Notes under the pieces: model-generated
What the model saw: the letters and a program-made list of their open reading frames with translations, nothing else
The model's database searches: none
What the model was told of the DNA's origin: nothing
Source of the DNA: an uncultured Ruminococcus sp.
Lineage (GTDB): Bacteria; Bacillota; Clostridia; Oscillospirales; CAG-272
Direction: 5' to 3'
DNA: 64,000 nucleotides
Assembly (NCBI GenBank): GCA_902782445.1
Contig: CACZNC010000001.1
Span: 9,939 to 73,938, forward strand
In this document: positions 10,401 to 19,236 of the stretch, piece by piece
How the letters are laid out: each line of letters starts with the position of its first letter
Position numbering within the stretch: position 1 is the stretch's first letter
Translations under genes and position numbers: made by a program

Positions 10401-11146
10401 TAGCGGTTCCACGCCTTTTCGAGAAGGGGATCCTCGAATTTCACGCTGTCCACCGTCGTGAGGAAGGTGGTGTGGCGGCAGTGATCGGACCAGTAGGTGT
10501 CGATCATGCGGAGCTCGGTGAGGGTGGGATCCCGCTTCTCCCCGCTGAAATAGGATCGGGTAAACGCGAGGTCCGCTTCGTCCATCGCAAGGCCCCATTT
10601 CGCGATAAAGGGAGCGAGATCTTCGTCCTTCATCGCCCGGAATCCGTCGAGGACCGCCACGTCTGCCGGAACGTCGTAGGGCCGGACGAGGGTCTCCTTC
10701 TCGTCGAGGGAGGCTTCCCGGGCTTCCACGGGGTTGATGACGTAGGCCTTGATCTTCGCGACGTCTTCCTCGCTCGGATAGCCGAGAAGGATATAGACCT
10801 TCGCCGAGGCCACGGTCGGACGGGTCCCCTGGGATATGATCTGGATGCACTGAGCCGCGGAGTCCGCCCGCTGGTCGTACTGGCCGGGGAGATATTCGAC
10901 GGCGAAAACGGCCGCGTCCCCGGGATTGGGAAGGGTATCCGTCACGATATCGGTCTGGGGTTCGGAAAAGACGGTGCGCTTCGCGTATTCAAAGAGGTCC
11001 CGGTCCAGCCCTTCCACGTCGTAGCGGTTGAAGATCCGCACGCCGTAGAGCTTGTCGATGCCGAGGAAGGAGCGGAGTTCACCGCGGAGGGCGTCCGCTT
11101 CGACCGTCAGTCCGGGGCGTTTTTCCACATAACATCTGTATACCAT
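7439..11146 (-). CDS. purL: Phosphoribosylformylglycinamidine synthase (single-chain FGAM synthase)
   Basis: 1235 aa. Duplicated AIR-synthase-like core and C-terminal glutaminase (GICNGFQ). Sits in the pur operon. Confidence 0.97.
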   Translation of the reverse strand: MVYRCYVEKRPGLTVEADALRGELRSFLGIDKLYGVRIFNRYDVEGLDRDLFEYAKRTVFSEPQTDIVTDTLPNPGDAAVFAVEYLPGQYDQRADSAAQCIQIISQGTRPTVASAKVYILLGYPSEEDVAKIKAYVINPVEAREASLDEKETLVRPYDVPADVAVLDGFRAMKDEDLAPFIAKWGLAMDEADLAFTRSYFSGEKRDPTLTELRMIDTYWSDHCRHTTFLTTVDSVKFEDPLLEKAWNRYLKTRESVGRGKKPVNLMDLATAAVRAMKAAGKLPKLDESEEINACTVKIDVEIGGKTEKWLLLFKNETHNHPTEIEPFGGAATCIGGAIRDPLSGRSYVYAAMRVTGAGDPTLPAETTLEGKLPQKKLVTTAAAGYSSYGNQIGLATGQVSELYHPGYVAKRMEIGAVIAAAPENTVRRERPVPGDLVILLGGRTGRDGCGGATGSSKSHTLHSLETCGAEVQKGNAPEERKLQRLFRNPEASLLIKRCNDFGAGGVSVAIGELADGLAIDLDKVPKKYDGLDGTELAISESQERMAVVVAAEDAEHFCRLADEENLEATVVASVTEAPRLTMTWRGKTIVDLSREFLSSNGAEKHIDVAPAAPLPWEKAIPEDMGSGFEALVSDLNVCSQRGLSERFDSTIGAGTVLMPFGGKYETTPAQAMAHKISVSDRNASTASFMAWGYNPMIAEKSPYHASYLAVVESVSRLIASGASFDDVYLTFQEYFEKPLRDPARWGKPLSALLGAFEAQMDLGVASIGGKDSMSGSFEKLDVPPTLVSFAVTTDPASFVISPEFKAAGHKIALLSPETAETGLPSASSLVSLYRKVRAGIEAGKILSAWTPSYGGVAEGLFKMALGNRVGVCLSETADPETLFGYSYGSFILELADGEDGAGFETILGETVEDYAITAGGKRICLSCLEKAYDSVLESVYPVHPQSETGETVETVTAKPSPRIHSPERYVRPRVLIPVFPGTNCEYDTSKALSAAGFDAKIMVLRNLTASAVAESVEAFARELKQAQAIFIPGGFSGGDEPDGSGKFITAFFRSGAVKEGTNELLKTRGGLMCGICNGFQALIKLGLVPFGEIVDTDETCPTLTFNTIGRHQSRIVLTRVSSNKSPWLAGCEVGEVYRVPISHGEGRFIASDDMLKRLVENGQIATQYADLDGRATMEIDFNPNGSMLAVEGITSPDGRVLGKMGHTERWNDGLYVNVPGNYDMKLFASAAEYFR

Positions 11147-12418
11147 TTATTCTCCTTTGCAGGCCAGAGCCCGGGCGCCGATGTCGTGTCTCATATATGC
11201 ATTCTCGAATTTCACGTCCTCTGCCGCTTCGTAGGCGTTCTTCACGGCTTCTTTCAGGGTCGGAGCGACAGCCGTCACGCCGAGGACCCGTCCGCCGCCC
11301 GTCACGAGGACCCCGTCCTTCGATTTCGCGCCGGCGACGAAAATCTCCGCGCCGTGCTTCGGATTCTCGGGGAGGGTGATGGGGAAGCCCGTTTCGTACT
11401 TCTTCGGATACCCGTTTGAGGCGAGGATCACGCAGCAGGCGGAGGCGTCCTTCCAGCGGATATCGAGGGAGGAGAGGGTCCCTTCCCGCACGGCCTTCAT
11501 GATGGTGAAAAGGTCCGTGTCGAGCAGGGGCAGCACCACCTGGGTCTCGGGATCGCCGAAGCGGCAGTTGTATTCGATCACCTTCGGGCCGTCCTTCGTG
11601 ATCATGAGGCCGAAGTAGAGGCAGCCCTTGAAGGTGCGTCCCTCCGCGTTCATGGCGGCGATCGTAGGGAGGAAAATCTCCTTCATGCACCGCTCTGCAA
11701 CTTCGGGGGTATAATAGGGATTCGGCGCGACCGTGCCCATGCCTCCGGTGTTGAGGCCGGTGTCGCCGTCGCCCGCCCGCTTGTGGTCCATCGAGGAGAT
11801 CATGGGGACCACGATTTTCCCGTCGGTGAAGGACAGGACGGAGACCTCGGGGCCTTCGAGGAATTCTTCGATCACCACGCGGGACCCGCTTTCGCCGAAG
11901 AGCTTCTCTTCCATGATCTCGGAGAGCGCCGCGTCCGCTTCCTCATGGGTCTGGCAGATCAGCACCCCTTTTCCGAGGGCGAGACCGTCCGCCTTGACGA
12001 CGATGGGGAGCTTCGCCCCGCGGCAGTAGTCCCGGGCTTTTTCGACCGAATCGAACACCTCGTATTCCGCCGTCGGGATGCCGTATTTCTTCATCAGATT
12101 CTTCGCGAAGACCTTCGATCCTTCGATCTGCGCGGCGGCGGCGGCGGGACCGAAGCAGGGGACCCCTTTTTCTTCCAGGGCGTCCACCATGCCGAGCACC
12201 AGCGGATCGTCCGGCGCGACCACCGCGAAGCCGATCTCATGGGAGAGGGCGAATTCCACGACGGCGGGAATGTCCTTCGCTCCGACGGGAACGCATTCCG
12301 CCTCCTTCATCCCCGCGTTTCCGGGCAAGGCGTAGATGGTGCCGATTTCCGGGTTTTCGCGCAGTTTTTTTACGATGGCGTGCTCTCTGCCGCCGGAACC
12401 GATGACAATGATATCCAT
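11147..12418 (-). CDS. purD: Phosphoribosylamine--glycine ligase
   Basis: 423 aa starting MDIIVIGSGGREHAI, ATP-grasp layout. Abuts the purL start. Confidence 0.97.
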   Translation of the reverse strand: MDIIVIGSGGREHAIVKKLRENPEIGTIYALPGNAGMKEAECVPVGAKDIPAVVEFALSHEIGFAVVAPDDPLVLGMVDALEEKGVPCFGPAAAAAQIEGSKVFAKNLMKKYGIPTAEYEVFDSVEKARDYCRGAKLPIVVKADGLALGKGVLICQTHEEADAALSEIMEEKLFGESGSRVVIEEFLEGPEVSVLSFTDGKIVVPMISSMDHKRAGDGDTGLNTGGMGTVAPNPYYTPEVAERCMKEIFLPTIAAMNAEGRTFKGCLYFGLMITKDGPKVIEYNCRFGDPETQVVLPLLDTDLFTIMKAVREGTLSSLDIRWKDASACCVILASNGYPKKYETGFPITLPENPKHGAEIFVAGAKSKDGVLVTGGGRVLGVTAVAPTLKEAVKNAYEAAEDVKFENAYMRHDIGARALACKGE

Positions 12419-12444
12419 AAACTGTCAGCTCGCTTTCGGAAAAC

Positions 12445-13629
12445 TCAGTGGTGGAACAGGCGCATCCCGGTGAAGGCCATCGCGATGCCGTATTTGTCGC
12501 AGGTCTCGATCACCTGATCGTCGCGGATGGAACCGCCGGGCTCCGCGATATAGGAGACACCGGAACGGCGCGCCCGCTCGATGTTGTCGCCGAAGGGGAA
12601 GAACGCGTCGGAGGCGAGGGAAACTCCCGTGATGCCGTCGAGGAACGCCCGCTTTTCCTCCCGGGTGAGCTCCTCGGGCCGGACGGTGAAGTACTGCTGC
12701 CAGAGACCGTCGGCGAGCACGTCCTCGTTCTGGTCGGAGATATAGACGTCGATCACGTTGTCCCGGTCGGGTCTGCCGAGGGTGGGCAGGAAGGGAAGAC
12801 CGAGGACCTTCGGGTGACGGCGGAGGTGCCAGATATCCGCCTTGTTCCCGGCAAGTCTGGTGCAGTGGATCCGGGACTGCTGACCCGCGCCGACGCCGAT
12901 GGCCTGACCGTCCGCCGCGAAGCAGACGCTGTTGGACTGGGTGTATTTGAGGGTGATGAGGGCGACGACGAGATCCCGCTTCGCCTCCTCGGGCAGTTCC
13001 TTATTCGCGGTGACCACGTTTGCGAGGACGTCCGCGGAGATCTTGTAATTGTTGTGTCCCTGCTCGAAGGTGATGCCGAAGACTTCCTTGGTCTCCTGCT
13101 CGGCGGGGAGATAGGCCGGGTCGATCTCGACGATGTTGTAGGCGCCCTTCTTCTTCGATTTCAGGATCTCGAGGGCTTCGGGATCGTAGCCGGGGGCGAT
13201 GATGCCGTCCGAGACCTCGCGCTTGATGAGCTTCGCGGTCGTGACGTCACAGACATCGGAGAGCGCGATCCAGTCGCCGAAGGAGGACATGCGGTCCGTC
13301 CCGCGGGCTCTGGCGTAGGCGCAGGCCAGGGGAGAATCGTCCAGACCCTCGATGTCGTCGACGAAGCACATCTTCTTCATGTCGGCGTCAAGGGGAAGCC
13401 CGAGAGCCGCGGAGGTCGGGGAGACGTGCTTGAAGGAGGTGGCGCAGACCGTTCCGGTGGCCTCTTTCAGCTCCTTCACCAGCTGCCACGAGTTGAACGC
13501 GTCGAGAAAGTTGATGTATCCCGGACGTCCGTTGAGGATCCTGATCGGGAGATCCCCGCCGTCCTTCATGTAGATCTTCGCGGGCTTCTGGTTGGGGTTG
13601 CATCCGTATTTCAGTTCAAATTCCTTCAT
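12445..13629 (-). CDS. purH: AICAR formyltransferase (PurH formyltransferase domain only)
   Basis: 394 aa starting MKEFELKYGCNPNQ, ending FTGMRLFHH as in the AICARFT domain. No MGS-like cyclohydrolase domain. Confidence 0.9.
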   Translation of the reverse strand: MKEFELKYGCNPNQKPAKIYMKDGGDLPIRILNGRPGYINFLDAFNSWQLVKELKEATGTVCATSFKHVSPTSAALGLPLDADMKKMCFVDDIEGLDDSPLACAYARARGTDRMSSFGDWIALSDVCDVTTAKLIKREVSDGIIAPGYDPEALEILKSKKKGAYNIVEIDPAYLPAEQETKEVFGITFEQGHNNYKISADVLANVVTANKELPEEAKRDLVVALITLKYTQSNSVCFAADGQAIGVGAGQQSRIHCTRLAGNKADIWHLRRHPKVLGLPFLPTLGRPDRDNVIDVYISDQNEDVLADGLWQQYFTVRPEELTREEKRAFLDGITGVSLASDAFFPFGDNIERARRSGVSYIAEPGGSIRDDQVIETCDKYGIAMAFTGMRLFHH

Positions 13630-13641
13630 GTCGGCCCTCCT

Positions 13642-14364
13642 TCAGGCTTCGTGCTTGTTGATGAGACGTTCGGCGATCTCGCCGGTCTCCAGGTCGGTCG
13701 TGCGGACGTAGAGGGAGATCTTGTTGTTCTCGTCGAGGTTTTCCCAGATCTGTTCGGTCAGGCAGTTGACGCAGGCCGGGATCTCGACGCGCTCGGGTTC
13801 GCCCTGGAACGTCGGGATGGGATTGCCGTCCGTGACGTAGGTGTGCAGAAAATGTCCGAGCCCGGGCTTCGCGGGGTAGGTGAAGGTCTCGCGGACGCAG
13901 TCGGAGCCTTCGGCGTCGAGGGATTTCAGGATGGAGAGCTTGTAGCGGAAGCTCTTTTCGCCGTAGCAGAGAAGACCGGAGATCCGGGGGGTCCAGTTCG
14001 GTCCGTCGGGCTCGAAGCAGCGGGTGTCGAGGGCGGCCTCGAAGGTGGAGCCGTTCAGGATATAGTCGCGGATCGTGTCGGTCTGGTCCCCGTTCGTCAC
14101 CGCGACGATCTTGCCGAGGTCCCGGACGGGATAGTAGATGATGAGGGAGGGGTCCTTCACCTTCGAAGCGTCGAACGGGGCAGTCCTGAGATCGCGGCCC
14201 TCGGGGATGAACACGCGGTTGCGGCTGTTCTCGCTGCGGCCCATGATGAAGTAGGCGAAGGCGGCCTTCTTGCCGTCCGGCGTCATGCCGATGATGATCC
14301 CGCGGCCCGGATAGGGGTTCCCGGAGAGCAGGCTCGGGATGGAGTGCGCGGCGTAAATGTCCAT
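13642..14364 (-). CDS. IMP cyclohydrolase, PurO-type
   Basis: 240 aa. GNPYPGRGIIIG..FAYFIMGRSENSRNR pattern typical of the archaeal-type IMP cyclohydrolase family. Adjacent to AICARFT. Confidence 0.85.
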   Translation of the reverse strand: MDIYAAHSIPSLLSGNPYPGRGIIIGMTPDGKKAAFAYFIMGRSENSRNRVFIPEGRDLRTAPFDASKVKDPSLIIYYPVRDLGKIVAVTNGDQTDTIRDYILNGSTFEAALDTRCFEPDGPNWTPRISGLLCYGEKSFRYKLSILKSLDAEGSDCVRETFTYPAKPGLGHFLHTYVTDGNPIPTFQGEPERVEIPACVNCLTEQIWENLDENNKISLYVRTTDLETGEIAERLINKHEA

Positions 14365-14429
14365 GTGATCCTCCTGAAATGATCCTTATGTTTCGGTTTT
14401 TATAATCTTTTATTGTTCTGCCGATCCGT

Positions 14430-15035
14430 TCAGCGGGCTTTTCCGGCGAGGCGGGCGGCCACGATCTCCGTCGCCTTCGGGAGCAGTTCCCATTCCGCCT
14501 GTTCCATGACGCGCTTCTGCAGGATCTCCGGGGTGTCGCCCTCTTCAATATCGACGGCTTTCTGCAATATGATCTTCCCGCCGTCCGGGACCGAGTTGAC
14601 GTAGTGCACCGTCGCTCCCGTGACCTTCACCCCGTAGGCAAGGGCGGCCTCGTGTACTTTGAGCCCGTAGAATCCCTTTCCGCAGAAGGAGGGGATCAGG
14701 GCGGGGTGTACGTTGATGATCCTCCCGTCCCACCGGTCCGTGAACGCCGGGGAGAGGATGGAGAGGAATCCCGCGAGCACGATCATGCCGATCCGGTACT
14801 CCCCGAGCAGGGCCTCGATCCGTTCCTCGAAATGGTCGGGATCCTCCTTCCGGGAGACGACCTCCGCCGGGATGCCGTGGTTCGCCGCCCGCTCCAGCGC
14901 GTAGACGCCCGGTTTGGACGAAATGACGAGGGCGATTTCACCGTGGGGGATGTTCCCGGCTTCCGCTTCTTTCAGAATGGCTTCCAGATTGGTCCCGCCT
15001 CCCGATACGAAGACGGCGATTCTCGTTTTGTCCAT
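14430..15035 (-). CDS. purN: Phosphoribosylglycinamide formyltransferase
   Basis: 201 aa. RIAVFVSGGGTNLEAI and NVHPALIP motifs. Confidence 0.95.
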   Translation of the reverse strand: MDKTRIAVFVSGGGTNLEAILKEAEAGNIPHGEIALVISSKPGVYALERAANHGIPAEVVSRKEDPDHFEERIEALLGEYRIGMIVLAGFLSILSPAFTDRWDGRIINVHPALIPSFCGKGFYGLKVHEAALAYGVKVTGATVHYVNSVPDGGKIILQKAVDIEEGDTPEILQKRVMEQAEWELLPKATEIVAARLAGKAR

Positions 15036-15050
15036 CGGTTCCGCCTTTCC

Positions 15051-16100
15051 TTACGCGAGGATCACGCCGTCGTCGCCGGAGACCACCTCGCCCATAACGT
15101 AGGCATCCTCTCCGTTCTCCCGGAGTACGGCCAGCGCCCGGTCCGCGTCCTCTTTCGAAACGATCACGGACATGCCGACGCCCATGTTGTAGGTGTTGAA
15201 CATGTCGCGCTCGGAAATGCCGCCGGTCTTCGCGATGAGGCCGAAGATCGGAAGGGTCTTCACGGCGGACTTGTCGATCTTCGCCGAGCAGCCGGCGGGG
15301 AGGGAGCGGGGGATGTTCTCGTAGAAGCCGCCGCCCGTGATGTGGGAGACGCCCTTGACTTTGACGGCGTCGAGCAGGGCGAGCATCGGCTTCACGTAGA
15401 TCTTGGTCGGGGTGAGCAGGACTTCGCCGAGGCTTTTCCCGCCGAGCTCCGCCACCGGCTTTTGGATGTCCGCGTTTTCGATATCGAAGACCTTGCGCAC
15501 GAGGGAGAAGCCGTTGGAGTGGACGCCGGAGGAGGGAAGGGCGATCAGGATATCCCCGGGCTTCACGGTTTCCTTGTCGATCACCCGGTCCCGGTCCACG
15601 ATCCCGCAGGCGTACCCGGCGAGGTCGTATTCGTCTTCGGGATAGAAGCCGGGCATTTCCGCGGTCTCCCCCCCGACCAGAGCGCATTCGCCCATCACGC
15701 AGCCGTCCGCCACGCCGGAGACGATGGAGGCGATCTTCTCGGGCACGTTCTTCCCGCAGGCGATGTAGTCGAGAAAGACGATGGGACGCGCGCCGCAGCA
15801 GACGATGTCGTTCACGCACATGGCGACGCAGTCGATGCCGACGGTGTCATGCTTGTCCATGAGAAAGGCGATGCGCAGCTTGGTCCCCACGCCGTCCGTG
15901 CCGGAGACCAGAAGGGGATGCTTCACGCCGTATTTCTCCATGACGAGGCCGAGGTCGAAGATCCCGCCGAATCCCCCGATCTTGTCGCAGACGCCGTCGA
16001 TCACGGTGCGGGCGATGTGCTTTTTCATCAGCTCCACGGCGGCGTATCCCGCGGTGATGTCCACGCCGGCGTTCTTATAGGCTTCGCTGTAGCTTTTCAT
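15051..16100 (-). CDS. purM: Phosphoribosylformylglycinamidine cyclo-ligase (AIR synthase)
   Basis: 349 aa starting YKNAGVDITAG. DGVGTK motif. Confidence 0.97.
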   Translation of the reverse strand: MKSYSEAYKNAGVDITAGYAAVELMKKHIARTVIDGVCDKIGGFGGIFDLGLVMEKYGVKHPLLVSGTDGVGTKLRIAFLMDKHDTVGIDCVAMCVNDIVCCGARPIVFLDYIACGKNVPEKIASIVSGVADGCVMGECALVGGETAEMPGFYPEDEYDLAGYACGIVDRDRVIDKETVKPGDILIALPSSGVHSNGFSLVRKVFDIENADIQKPVAELGGKSLGEVLLTPTKIYVKPMLALLDAVKVKGVSHITGGGFYENIPRSLPAGCSAKIDKSAVKTLPIFGLIAKTGGISERDMFNTYNMGVGMSVIVSKEDADRALAVLRENGEDAYVMGEVVSGDDGVILA

Positions 16101-16184
16101 ATCGGATTCCTTTCGATGAAGTACTGGATGGAAAACAACGAACGCGCAGGGGACTCGGTTCGGATCCGTCTGCGCGGGGAAGGA

Positions 16185-16673
16185 TCAGAGTTTTTCCTGT
16201 AAAGCCGCGTCCTTCGCCATGACCTTTTCGGCTCCCGCCTTTCTGGATGCGGCGAGGGCTGCGGCGAGGGAGTCGTCGGAGAGGGCGAGGATCTCCACGG
16301 CGAGGATGGCGGCGTTGGCGGCTCCGTTCATGGCGACGGTCGCGACGGGGATCCCGGTGGGCATCTGCACGGTGGAGAGCAGGGCGTCCAGTCCGTCGAG
16401 CATCCCGCCCTTGACGGGGACGCCGATGACGGGAAGGGTGGTGGCGGCGGCGCATACTCCGGCGAGATGGGCGGCCATTCCGGCGCAGGCGATGATGACG
16501 CCGAATCCGTTCTCCCGGGCCGATCCCACGAAGGAGGAGACCTCGGCGGGGGTGCGGTGGGCGCTCATGACACGGGCCTCAAAGGGGACGCCGTATTCTT
16601 TCAGAACGCCGAACGCCTTTTCCACGACCGGAAGATCGCTGTCAGATCCCATAATGACGGCAACTTTTTTCAT
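16185..16673 (-). CDS. purE: 5-(carboxyamino)imidazole ribonucleotide mutase
   Basis: Start moved to [16 protein letters not shown] (ATG at 16673). The upstream part of the 211-aa ORF covers the riboswitch leader. Confidence 0.95.
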   Translation of the reverse strand: MKKVAVIMGSDSDLPVVEKAFGVLKEYGVPFEARVMSAHRTPAEVSSFVGSARENGFGVIIACAGMAAHLAGVCAAATTLPVIGVPVKGGMLDGLDALLSTVQMPTGIPVATVAMNGAANAAILAVEILALSDDSLAAALAASRKAGAEKVMAKDAALQEKL

Positions 16674-16740
16674 GCGAATGCTCCATTCTCCGCCGCGCTG
16701 TTTATGCGGGAGGTGCGGCGGTCGTCCCCCGGTCAGGATG

Positions 16741-16875
16741 AAAAAAGGCACACGTTCCCCGAGGAATCGTATGCCCAGACGGTCGGCTTGTCCGCTTTGC
16801 GCGGCGGCTTTCTGCTTCACGCGGTCGATTCCGCGGAACAGCCCGGAGGCGGTCCCATCCGTCAGTCACAGAAAG
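16741..16875 (-). promoter_or_regulatory. ZTP (pfl-motif) riboswitch with terminator expression platform
   Basis: Minus-strand RNA has GUGACUGACGG...CCGGG... linker ...CCGUCUGGGCA. The terminator stem GGCAUACG/CGUGUGCC plus U6 (16741-16775) overlaps the 3' pseudoknot strand. Sits upstream of purE. Confidence 0.7.
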
Positions 16876-16887
16876 CTGATTTTCTTT

Positions 16888-16916
16888 ATTATACCGGAAA
16901 TCTCCCTCCCCGTCAA
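16888..16916 (-). promoter_or_regulatory. Sigma-A type promoter of the pur operon
   Basis: Minus strand TTGACG-17 nt-TATAAT just upstream of the riboswitch. Confidence 0.6.
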
Positions 16917-17017
16917 GTCCCGGAAAAGAAAAAATCCCGTCTCATTCCGGCGGGTTTTGGTGCAAATCAACGTCCGCCCCCGATTGTCGCTGAAAATGGC
17001 AAGAATCCCGAAACGGC

Positions 17018-17046
17018 TTGACAATCCCGGCCCGAAATGATACAAT
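17018..17046 (+). promoter_or_regulatory. Sigma-A type promoter
   Basis: TTGACA-17 nt-TACAAT, 40 nt upstream of ATG 17087. Confidence 0.6.
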
Positions 17047-17086
17047 ACGGACAGAAAGAAGAACCGGCAGTGAGGAAGGAGAATTT

Positions 17087-18343
17087 ATGATTTACAGAAG
17101 CGAGAGGGGCCTTTCGGACGACAGCATCCGATACGCCTTACAGGAGAGTCTCGGGAACACGGAGGCGAAGAAGATCCTCGTGATCCCGCCGGACTTCACG
17201 CGCATGTACTCGGGAGCCGGGATCATCACGGCGGCAATTTTCGATCTGCTGGGAGACCGATGTGAGATCGACGTCATGCCCGCCCTCGGGACCCACGCCC
17301 CCATGAGCAGGGAGGAGTGCGAGACCTTCTTCCTCGACCGGGTGAAGTACGAAAACCTCATCGTGCACCGCTGGCGGGACGACGTCGTGAAGCTCGGCGA
17401 GGTCCCCGCGGAGTTTGTGCGGGAGGTCTCGGAGGGACTGGTGGATCAGGCCATAGACGCGGAGGTCAATCACCGGCTCGTCGACGGCGGATACGATCTG
17501 ATCCTCTCCGTCGGACAGGTGGTGCCCCACGAAGTCGTCGGCATGGCGAACTATTCGAAGAACATTTTCGTCGGCTGCGGCGGATCCTCCATGATCAACT
17601 CCTCCCACATGCTCGGCGCGTTCTACGGCCTCGAGCGGATCATGGGACGGGACTTCTCGCCCGTGCGCCGGGTGTTCGACTACGCCGAGGAGCACTTCCT
17701 CCGGGACCTGCCCATCCTCTACATCCTCACCACGACCACCAACACCGGGGACAAGACGAACATCCACGGCCTCTACATCGGGCGGAGCCGTGAAAACTTC
17801 GAGGCGGCGGTGGCCGACAGCCAAAACCGGAACCTCATCACGGTGGACGAACCCTTCAAAAAAGTCGTCGTCTACCTCGATCCCCGGGAATTCCACTCCA
17901 CCTGGCTCGGGAACAAGGCGGTCTACCGCACGAGAATGGCCATCGCGGACGGAGGAGAGCTGATCGTCCTCGCCCCCGGGGTGGAGAAATTCGGCGAGGA
18001 TCCCGAAAACGACCGCCTGATCCGCAAATACGGCTACGTGGGCCGGGAGCGGGTCCTCGAACTGGTGAAGGAGCACCCGGATCTCTCGGAAAATCTGTCC
18101 GTGGCGGCCCACCTCATCCACGGCTCCTCCGACGGGCGGTTCTCCGTCACCTACTGCACGGACCCGGCTCTGCTCACGGAAGACGAGGTCCGCGGGGTGA
18201 GCTTCGGCTGGATGCCCTATGCGGATGCCGCCGCGAAATACGATCCCGCGGTGCTGAAAGACGGATGGAACACGGTGGACGGCGAGCGGATCTTCTACGT
18301 CAGCAATCCCGCCCTCGGCCTCTGGAAAAGACAGGACAACTGA
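17087..18343 (+). CDS. LarA-like (DUF2088, lactate-racemase N-terminal domain) protein
   Basis: Start at MIYRSERG with AGGAAGGAG RBS. ILVIPPDFTRMYSGAG and PALGTHAPM segments resemble the LarA-family N-domain. Exact activity unknown. Confidence 0.7.
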   Translation: MIYRSERGLSDDSIRYALQESLGNTEAKKILVIPPDFTRMYSGAGIITAAIFDLLGDRCEIDVMPALGTHAPMSREECETFFLDRVKYENLIVHRWRDDVVKLGEVPAEFVREVSEGLVDQAIDAEVNHRLVDGGYDLILSVGQVVPHEVVGMANYSKNIFVGCGGSSMINSSHMLGAFYGLERIMGRDFSPVRRVFDYAEEHFLRDLPILYILTTTTNTGDKTNIHGLYIGRSRENFEAAVADSQNRNLITVDEPFKKVVVYLDPREFHSTWLGNKAVYRTRMAIADGGELIVLAPGVEKFGEDPENDRLIRKYGYVGRERVLELVKEHPDLSENLSVAAHLIHGSSDGRFSVTYCTDPALLTEDEVRGVSFGWMPYADAAAKYDPAVLKDGWNTVDGERIFYVSNPALGLWKRQDN

Positions 18344-18358
18344 CGGGCGGTGATCGGA

Positions 18359-19207
18359 ATGGAAGAACAAGACTTTCGGCACATCGACCTCCACACCCAT
18401 TCGATCTGCTCCGACGGATCCATGACCCCCCGGGAACTGGTGCGGCACGCGAAAGCGTCGGGACTTTCAGCGGTGGCGGTCTCCGACCACGACACGGCGG
18501 ACGGCGTGAAGGACGCGTTGGACGAGGGGGAAAAAATCGGCATCGAAGTGATCCCCGCCATCGAGCTCTCGGCGAAATCCGCCACGGAGACCCACATCCT
18601 CGGCTATTTCATCGACCCGGATTCGAAGATCCTCGCCGACGCAGTGGACGAGATCCGGCAGGTGCGTTCCGAGCGGATCGGGGAGACCTGTCTCATGCTC
18701 CGGGAGCACGGGATCGACGTGAAGATCGAAGAGGTCCGCGCCGCTGCGAAGGGCGGGATCCTCTGCCGGGCCCACATCGCGCGGATCATGACGGACAAGG
18801 GCTATTCCTCCTCCCCGAAGGAAGCCTTCGCCGAATGGCTGAACGTCGGTTGCCCCTGCTATTCCGAATCCCAGGCTCTGACCGACACAGAAGCGATCCG
18901 GCTGATCCGGGACGCGGAGGGAGACGCCTATCTCGCCCACCTGCATCTGACGAAAAAGCCGTCCGCGGAACTGGACGCGTTCGTCGCCCGGCTGGCCTCG
19001 GAGGGGCTATGCGGGATCGAAGGATTTTACACGGACTACACCCCGGAGATGGAGACCGAATTCCGGGGACTCGCGGCGAAATATAAATTAAAGCTGTCCG
19101 GCGGTACGGATTTTCACGGCACGTTCAAGCCCCATATCCGGATCGGGGCCGGGACGGGAAACCTGAAAATCCCCTATTCCGTGCTCGCGGACATGAAGAA
19201 GCGGTGA
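18359..19207 (+). CDS. PHP-domain metal-dependent phosphoesterase (TrpH/YciV-like)
   Basis: IDLHTHSICSDGS and AVSDHDT motifs. An alternative GTG start lies at 18350. Confidence 0.85.
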   Translation: MEEQDFRHIDLHTHSICSDGSMTPRELVRHAKASGLSAVAVSDHDTADGVKDALDEGEKIGIEVIPAIELSAKSATETHILGYFIDPDSKILADAVDEIRQVRSERIGETCLMLREHGIDVKIEEVRAAAKGGILCRAHIARIMTDKGYSSSPKEAFAEWLNVGCPCYSESQALTDTEAIRLIRDAEGDAYLAHLHLTKKPSAELDAFVARLASEGLCGIEGFYTDYTPEMETEFRGLAAKYKLKLSGGTDFHGTFKPHIRIGAGTGNLKIPYSVLADMKKR

Positions 19208-19236
19208 AACCCTCTCTGAAAGGACTGGTGAAACAG

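Noticed and set aside
8255-11419. 1054-aa plus-strand ORF opposite purL/purD
   Set aside because: Same reasoning: low-complexity G/R/E/D-rich translation, fully antisense to unambiguous purL and purD.
12448-14382. 644-aa plus-strand ORF opposite the AICARFT and IMP cyclohydrolase genes
   Set aside because: Antisense shadow. It spans two real genes and their intergenic gap and shows no motifs.
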